This document shows positions 15,067 to 20,000 of a DNA stretch of 20,000 nt, in pieces. How positions within the stretch are numbered: the stretch's first letter is position 1; each line of letters starts with the position of its first letter. This stretch comes from an uncultured virus (IMG/VR IMGVR_UViG_3300008108_000113) (lineage: Duplodnaviria > Heunggongvirae > Uroviricota > Caudoviricetes). Under the pieces are notes generated by a model. That model was not told the DNA's origin. It saw only the letters and a program-made list of their open reading frames with translations, and searched no databases. The DNA is taken from IMG/VR virus record IMGVR_UViG_3300008108_000113; one strand, written 5' to 3'. The translations under genes were made by a program, and so were the position numbers.

Positions 15067-15586
15067 CATAAATTCTATATATGGTGAAACTAAAACACTT
15101 AATTCGAAAGAATTTGATAAATTTGAAGAATTTTATAAGATAAAAATTAATTATGTTTATGAAACAATTATGGACTCTTTTTATAATGTTTGTAAAGATT
15201 ATGGACAATTTATTAAAGACGAAAATGAACCAAATTTTTTGCCTGCTTTTGACATAAAAAAATATTATGAGGGCACACACATGGGCTCTCATTTTGATCA
15301 ACTGGGTGGGGATAAGACACTTAAGTACTCCCTTGTTATGTATCTAAATGACAATTACGAGGGTGGCGAGATTTCTTTTACTTTAAAAGATTTAAAAAGC
15401 AGTAACGAAAGAGGGCCCTTTCCTGACTATTCAGATAAAAGGAATAAAGATTTAATGAATTTTGGGGTAAAGCCGAAAGCTGGTAGCGTAATTATTTTTC
15501 CATCTTCTCTCCCATACTATCATACTGCACACCTTGTTAAATCAGGGACTAAATACATGGTCCCATCTCATTGGATAGAAACATGA
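15032..15586 (+). CDS. 2OG-Fe(II) oxygenase, prolyl-4-hydroxylase-like; start uncertain
   Basis: KKY..G.HMGSHFD (HxD), SLVMYLNDNYEGGEI, KPKAGSVIIFPS, distal HTA and KY. Confidence 0.85.
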   Translation: MILDQPWSASDNINSIYGETKTLNSKEFDKFEEFYKIKINYVYETIMDSFYNVCKDYGQFIKDENEPNFLPAFDIKKYYEGTHMGSHFDQLGGDKTLKYSLVMYLNDNYEGGEISFTLKDLKSSNERGPFPDYSDKRNKDLMNFGVKPKAGSVIIFPSSLPYYHTAHLVKSGTKYMVPSHWIET

Positions 15587-16032
15587 TTGAAATATCTATA
15601 AATAGCGCTAGAAGTTGTGGTACCTGTACTAAATGCTGTGATGGATATGCCTATGCAGATGTCTATGGGCATATTATGGGTTTCGGAGTTCCATGTCATT
15701 TTGTAAAAAGTGGAGAGGGATGCGGGATCTATGAAAATAGACCTAATTTCTGTAAAACCTTTTCATGTAATTGGTTAGTCAATGATGAGATTCCAGAAGA
15801 GCTAAAGCCCAATATAACAGGAAGCATGCCTAATTTGTTATCAACTCCTGATGGGGTTCAATATATTATTCTTACAAATGCTGGCAATGACCCAAGAGAA
15901 GATGTCTTGAATTGGTATAAAAAATACTCAGAGTCTAAAGGATATGGGTTAGCCTATACAATTGACGGAGTAAAGCAATTTTTTGGAACAAAGGAATTTG
16001 TAGAAGAAAGGCGGAGGCAATGGGAATCCTAG
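15583..16032 (+). CDS. YkgJ-family CxxCxxCC metal-cluster protein
   Basis: CGTCTKCC...CHF....GCGIYENRP..CKTFSC; ATGA overlap with the oxygenase. Confidence 0.8.
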   Translation: MIEISINSARSCGTCTKCCDGYAYADVYGHIMGFGVPCHFVKSGEGCGIYENRPNFCKTFSCNWLVNDEIPEELKPNITGSMPNLLSTPDGVQYIILTNAGNDPREDVLNWYKKYSESKGYGLAYTIDGVKQFFGTKEFVEERRRQWES

Positions 16033-16094
16033 ATAACTTTGAACAACTTGATGATATAGATATGGAAGAAGATATTGATAAAGAAGATAAATAA
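16020..16094 (+). CDS. 24-aa acidic micro-ORF (not in ORF track)
   Basis: GGAGG SD then MGILDNFEQLDDIDMEEDIDKEDK*. Confidence 0.45.
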   Translation: MGILDNFEQLDDIDMEEDIDKEDK

Positions 16095-16308
16095 TCTATA
16101 TTACGATATAGAGGAATATGTTCCTAAATTTAAGGCGGGACCAAACAATGGTAGAAATCCTAAGAGACTTGAATCAAACTTTAGATTTGATCCATTACCC
16201 TATCAATGGACTATATATAACAATGGAAACATATTAACCTATGGATATTGTCATACAAGATCAGAAGCTGAAGATATGATTACAAGAGAGCTTAAGGTTA
16301 GATCATAA
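16075..16308 (+). CDS. Hypothetical protein, 77 aa; TTG start uncertain
   Basis: Longest ORF in the interval; its stop lies in the direct repeat. Confidence 0.55.
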   Translation: MIKKINNLYYDIEEYVPKFKAGPNNGRNPKRLESNFRFDPLPYQWTIYNNGNILTYGYCHTRSEAEDMITRELKVRS

Positions 16309-16332
16309 AGCAGTTGACTAGAATATATGCTA
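16307..16332 (+). repeat. 26-bp direct repeat, copy 1
   Basis: AAAGCAGTTGACTAGAATATATGCTA; 25/26 identical to 16885-16910. Confidence 0.9.
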
Positions 16333-16334
16333 CT

Positions 16335-16378
16335 ATATTGATCGCAATTAGTGAAAAATTCGGCGGGAGAGAAGACAT
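16335..16378 (+). repeat. Start-associated leader element, copy 2
   Basis: ATATTGATCGCAATTAGTGAAAAATTCGGCGGGAGAGAAGACAT directly before TTG 16379. Confidence 0.8.
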
Positions 16379-16891
16379 TTGAGTAATAGATGGGAATACA
16401 GCCTAACGGCTGAAGAAGAAGGCATCTGTGTAGAAGTTGGGTATCAGCGTCAGAAGCCATATTTTGGCGACCCTAGCAGAAATATAAACTATGCAGAAGG
16501 TGATCTTTGGGAGATGTGGCAGCATGTTGTATGTGCTGGATCAGAGCTTGCTTTCGCCAGAATGCTTGGTAAATCTGACTTTATCCCTCATTTTAACAAA
16601 TGGAAGACTGAATTAGATATACCTGGAGTAGGAGAGATTAGGTATTCATTTAATCCACAGGGTGGATTGAGATTTACTAAAAGAGATAATCCTGATTTAA
16701 GATATGTCCTAATGATAGATGGCATGGCCATCAAGAATAGGACGGGGCGGGATGAGAAAAGAAGAAGTACTCCCTATAAAGCTATAGGATGGTTATATGG
16801 ATATGAATGTATGCAAGATAAGTATCTATCTAAGTATAACAATAAGACATGGATAGTTCCTTTTGATCAATTAAAGGCAATGCCAAAGTAG
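16379..16891 (+). CDS. Hypothetical protein, possible PD-(D/E)xK nuclease fold
   Basis: GSELAFARMLG helix followed by LDIPGVGEIRYS (E...D-x5-E-x-R pattern); fold call tentative. Confidence 0.55.
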   Translation: MSNRWEYSLTAEEEGICVEVGYQRQKPYFGDPSRNINYAEGDLWEMWQHVVCAGSELAFARMLGKSDFIPHFNKWKTELDIPGVGEIRYSFNPQGGLRFTKRDNPDLRYVLMIDGMAIKNRTGRDEKRRSTPYKAIGWLYGYECMQDKYLSKYNNKTWIVPFDQLKAMPK

Positions 16892-16914
16892 TTGACTAGA
16901 ATATATGCTATAAT
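16885..16914 (+). repeat. 26-bp direct repeat, copy 2, running into TGCTATAAT
   Basis: AAAGTAGTTGACTAGAATATATGCTATAAT. Confidence 0.9.
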
Positions 16915-16934
16915 CATACCAAGGAGTAAATATT

Positions 16935-17054
16935 ATGGAATATCCAATGTGTATGTTTTGCGACAAGATGTCAAAGTATGATCAACCTGACAAGAACTCA
17001 GGAGTGATTATATCCGTATGTGAAAGACATTTCACCATGGATTTTAGCTCCTGA
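16935..17054 (+). CDS. 39-aa CxxC...CxxH zinc-finger microprotein (not in ORF track)
   Basis: AAGGAG SD; MEYPMCMFCDKMSKYDQPDKNSGVIISVCERHFTMDFSS*. Confidence 0.75.
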   Translation: MEYPMCMFCDKMSKYDQPDKNSGVIISVCERHFTMDFSS

Positions 17055-17112
17055 TATCTTGCTACAAAAATATTTTTAGATTAGGTAGGCAAGGATTGTG
17101 GAAAGATAAATC

Positions 17113-17286
17113 ATGCGCTTTAATTTTATATACAGCTATATATGTCCAGAATGCAAATCAGAGCTAGAATTTAAATCAATGAATAAGCCTTCAGATAAAG
17201 TTATGTGTCAATGTGGATCCTATATGCATAATGTAAGGCTATGGGCAATTAGCTCTGAAATGCTTCAAAATGGATCCATATCCTAG
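17113..17286 (+). CDS. 57-aa zinc-ribbon protein (not in ORF track)
   Basis: MRFNFIYSYICPECKSELEFKSMNKPSDKVMCQCGSYMHNVRLW...*. Confidence 0.65.
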   Translation: MRFNFIYSYICPECKSELEFKSMNKPSDKVMCQCGSYMHNVRLWAISSEMLQNGSIS

Positions 17287-17793
17287 TATCCCCCCGAATA
17301 TTAAAGTGTCTTAAAACCCCCTTAGAAGGCTTATTTGAGCCATTGAATCTAGATATCATAGATGCATTTGGCTATTAATTTATCTCTAAATACTATTATA
17401 TTGTCGATAAATAGTTATATGTGTAATTGAGCCCTTTGTATCATATGCCCGTAATGTCCGATTTGCCCATATACTCTATATTGGCCTATAGCATAACTTC
17501 CACGATTTGTAAATAGCTCTCGTAAATAGCTTATTTGGCCCTCAATTTTGTACATAATTTGTACTAGATTCTTATTAGATTAGTTATTATTTTGTACCAA
17601 TTTGTACATATTCTATATAGATTTGTCGACATTTTATAGAATATTTCAGGGATTTTTTACATGTTCTCGTAAAGAGAAATTTTGGCCCATAGCCCACAGC
17701 AAAAAGAAATCCACAGAACCTGTGGAAGATCCTGTGGATAACTTTGGCCCATATGCTCGAAAGCTAAGCATATGACTAGTGGCCTATATTAGA
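17287..17793. other. Non-coding AT-rich region at the strand switch; candidate replication origin or genome-end control region
   Basis: Perfect DnaA box TGTGGATAA (17733-17741), two 7/9 boxes (17707-17715, 17721-17729), TTTGTAC x4, CTCGTAAA x2, TTTGGCCC x3. Confidence 0.5.
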
Positions 17794-18063
17794 TTAAATA
17801 TATGATTCTTGTTCTTCTATAACTTCATTGAGTACATTGGCAAGGATTAGGCCTTCTGATGTTTGGCCTTCCGCCGCTTCCATTCGGAATCTGGCGGCCT
17901 GTTGCTTGATGATCTCTACAATTAACTCCATGATCTTGTCTTGGGTATATATTGGATTATTTGTAACTAGAGCATGTGCTACAAGAGTTGGATTAAACCA
18001 GTTATTATCTGTGCCTTCGATTATTACTTCCGCTACTTTTGTTTCTAACATCTTCTTTGCCAT
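17794..18063 (-). CDS. Hypothetical protein, 89 aa
   Basis: SD-like AAAGAGG and its own promoter upstream. Confidence 0.75.
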   Translation of the reverse strand: MAKKMLETKVAEVIIEGTDNNWFNPTLVAHALVTNNPIYTQDKIMELIVEIIKQQAARFRMEAAEGQTSEGLILANVLNEVIEEQESYI

Positions 18064-18088
18064 GTCCGCCTCTTTCTATTAACTTTAG

Positions 18089-18140
18089 ATTGTATCAAAA
18101 TATGTGGGGAGAGTCAAGAGGGAAATCTGGACCCTCCCCA
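18089..18140 (-). promoter_or_regulatory. Promoter with -35 inside a terminator-like hairpin
   Basis: Minus strand: TTGACT (18117-18112), 17 bp, TG-A-TACAAT (to 18089); stem GGGGAGGGTC/GACTCTCCCC. Confidence 0.7.
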
Positions 18141-18146
18141 ACGCTA

Positions 18147-18290
18147 TTACTTCTTGGTCGTCTTCTCAGCTGAGAACTTGACCCCAGCCTTTTCAGCTTC
18201 CTGGAGGGCTACCTTTGCAGCGCCTGAGAAACGTCCACGGGCTCCCACTGTGATGCCCTTTGATGCTAGATATTCACGCTTTGTTGTCAT
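18147..18290 (-). CDS. Lsr2-like stand-alone DNA-binding domain, 47 aa (not in ORF track)
   Basis: MTTKREYLASKGITVGARGRFSGAAKVALQEAEKAGVKFSAEKTTKK*; resembles Lsr2 C-domain REWA..NG..V..RGRI; AAAGGA SD. Confidence 0.7.
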   Translation of the reverse strand: MTTKREYLASKGITVGARGRFSGAAKVALQEAEKAGVKFSAEKTTKK

Positions 18291-18324
18291 TTGTTATATC
18301 CTTTCGAGATATTGGTTTGTATTT

Positions 18325-18353
18325 ATTATATAAGATATTTCCGATTTGGTCAA
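18325..18353 (-). promoter_or_regulatory. SigA/sigma70-type promoter for the Lsr2-like gene
   Basis: Minus strand TTGACC (18353-18348), 17 bp, TATAAT (18330-18325). Confidence 0.75.
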
Positions 18354-18403
18354 TACCTTTTCCGCCTATATTTAGTTGTAGTCGTAAGAAACTTTTTAGG
18401 CCC

Positions 18404-18544
18404 TTACGAATTTTCTTCTTCCCCAGAGTTATCTTCAATTAGTTTAGCAATCATCTCCCTGGCAATGATGTGGTCTAGAGGATTATCTGACCTAGCTAAA
18501 ACCTGTGCCTGCATTAGGAAGATTCCTAGATCTGTTTTATTCAT
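18404..18544 (-). CDS. 46-aa hypothetical protein (not in ORF track)
   Basis: MNKTDLGIFLMQAQVLARSDNPLDHIIAREMIAKLIEDNSGEEENS*; GGAGGAGG SD. Confidence 0.7.
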   Translation of the reverse strand: MNKTDLGIFLMQAQVLARSDNPLDHIIAREMIAKLIEDNSGEEENS

Positions 18545-18905
18545 CTTCCTCCTCCATGTCTTCATCGTCTAGGATGAATTCATTCTCGATCAACCAATCA
18601 GAGATGTCATCATCTAGTTGTTCGACTCCATACTCTAAAGTAAAGCGGGGGTCCCGCCAAAGAGCATTCCAAACATCATCGATTGTATATTTAGGATTAG
18701 CCTTATGGAACCCATTGTCTTCAGACATAGAAGAGTATCTGTATTTCATTACATCCCAAACATATAGCCACGTAAGAGAGAATGAGACCTCCATGCTGCT
18801 TAATGTTGAGATAATCTGATCGAGTTGCATGCGAGTACGCTGACTTCGATCATGATCCTCATTTGATAGAGTTGACTCAACTTGCTCTAGATCAATTGTT
18901 TCCAT
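18537..18905 (-). CDS. Acidic hypothetical protein, 122 aa
   Basis: Overlaps both neighbours in the minus-strand operon. Confidence 0.75.
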   Translation of the reverse strand: METIDLEQVESTLSNEDHDRSQRTRMQLDQIISTLSSMEVSFSLTWLYVWDVMKYRYSSMSEDNGFHKANPKYTIDDVWNALWRDPRFTLEYGVEQLDDDISDWLIENEFILDDEDMEEEDE

Positions 18906-19152
18906 TTAGATTATTCCAATCTGTGACGTCGAAATCGATTTGCTGTGCCAAAATGTAGACATATGTCAAAGCGTCTAGGTAACCACTTAAATACTTATAA
19001 GTTGGGTTATCCTGCAGTTCTGAGTTATTGTCCAGTTCTCTTTCGTATGTGTACATTAGATTCTTTAGTTCCCCATGGAGCACATCAATTGCTGGAACTC
19101 CAGCATTAATAGCCTTCGTGCAAGAATCGGGGAGGATAAAAGTATCAACCAT
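18892..19152 (-). CDS. Hypothetical protein, 86 aa
   Basis: Start set at MVDTFIL after GAAAGGA SD. Confidence 0.7.
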   Translation of the reverse strand: MVDTFILPDSCTKAINAGVPAIDVLHGELKNLMYTYERELDNNSELQDNPTYKYLSGYLDALTYVYILAQQIDFDVTDWNNLNGNN

Positions 19153-19351
19153 TTGTATTCCTTTCGTTATTAGAGAGTATATCAGTTGCCACTGACAACA
19201 AATGTTCTGTTGCCTCAATTGCTCCTTCAAAGTAATCATCTGAAGGATGATACTCAGAATCAATTAATTCTATGTTATTGATAGCGTCATCCCAATCTTG
19301 TCTTAAACTAATTAAATGTAACTTCATATATTCTATTAACTGATTAGTCAT
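19145..19351 (-). CDS. Hypothetical protein, 68 aa
   Basis: GAAAGGT SD; YFEGAIEA motif; coupled overlaps. Confidence 0.7.
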   Translation of the reverse strand: MTNQLIEYMKLHLISLRQDWDDAINNIELIDSEYHPSDDYFEGAIEATEHLLSVATDILSNNERNTNG

Positions 19352-20000
19352 TATCTACCTTTCCATGTGTGGAGCATGATTCTACCATGTTGTACTGACA
19401 TTTTATACAGACTTCATCTTCACATTCTTCGCACCATTCCATGCAATCTGTTTTATCACATTCACGGCACATGTTGTCATATTCTGATTCTGAGATAATC
19501 TCACCACGAAGGAATTCCATTTCCCCACCCCAGCCCGTCTCTTCTTCATATGATAAAGTAAAGAGTAGTGTTGGATATTGGGCAGATAGTTTTTCAAGGG
19601 CAGGAACAGGACGAGACCAAGCAGTCTCAAAGTTATAATGAACTACATAGTTCTCACCATTGACTGCTTCCTCAATAGTTGTATCAGGATACTTATTATC
19701 CTCAGATATGGCTACATCCCATTTGGTTCCCCATTCACGAACATTGAATGAATACCAGTCATTTGTCTTGAATTGCATTTGTTCTTCAAATGTAATATCA
19801 CGAGGCGGCTGTCCAAGATATACCTCATCAGTAATACCAGCATCTCTATGATTATAGATATTATGAAAAGCAAATACAGGATTAGGATAAGTAGTTTGCT
19901 TTACTTCCATTTGCTGTGTTGCTACATTCCAATTATCATGAACCATAACAAATGGCTTATTCATTTGAGTAATTAGAGATTTTACTTGATCAGGATTGCC
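19344..20000 (-). CDS. DUF1281/YubB (Api92-like) ferredoxin-like-fold protein with Cys-rich tail; 5' end outside window
   Basis: WY.FNVREWGTKWD, FETAWSRP, QYPTLLFTLSYEEE.GW.G; frame stays open to base 20000 (GNPDQVKSLITQMNK). Confidence 0.75.
   Translation of the reverse strand, partial: GNPDQVKSLITQMNKPFVMVHDNWNVATQQMEVKQTTYPNPVFAFHNIYNHRDAGITDEVYLGQPPRDITFEEQMQFKTNDWYSFNVREWGTKWDVAISEDNKYPDTTIEEAVNGENYVVHYNFETAWSRPVPALEKLSAQYPTLLFTLSYEEETGWGGEMEFLRGEIISESEYDNMCRECDKTDCMEWCEECEDEVCIKCQYNMVESCSTHGKVDND

Noticed and set aside
16314..16336. TTGACT...TACTAT as a canonical -35/-10 pair (also 16892-16914)
   Set aside because: An 11-bp spacer is too short; treated as a repeat with an extended -10.
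17828..19976. Plus-strand ORFs in the right-hand block
   Set aside because: Antisense to a tightly coupled minus-strand operon with SDs and promoters.
1..20000. Alternative genetic code, integrase, CRISPR array or rRNA
   Set aside because: TAA, TAG and TGA all end recognisable genes at expected positions; no recombinase motifs, repeat-spacer arrays or rRNA-like sequence seen.

Overview
AT-rich, gene-dense segment that looks like part of a large tailed phage of Actinobacteria. The host call is inferred from WhiB, an Lsr2-like RGR protein, several leaderless SigA-type promoters and actinobacterial-style exported proteins; the style fits low-GC freshwater Actinobacteria. Positions 1-17286 are all on the + strand and encode an accessory/host-takeover region: a thermonuclease end, a frameshifted Hsp20 behind a ROSE-like thermometer, an FmdB zinc ribbon, a PA14/FN3/lectin stalked surface protein with two membrane partners, a probable head-associated protein, tRNA-Asn, WhiB, an Ntn-hydrolase, thioredoxin, an Ig-like exported protein, a three-peptide operon, an HExxH peptidase, tRNA-Lys, GroES, a CDGSH Fe-S microprotein, a 2OG-Fe(II) oxygenase, YkgJ and repeat-bounded cassettes. 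A ~500 bp non-coding region with a perfect DnaA box and phased TTTGTAC repeats separates this block from a convergent minus-strand block of small genes (17794-20000). About 15 small ORFs missing from the supplied track were read by hand. All family calls come from motif recognition, not database searches.
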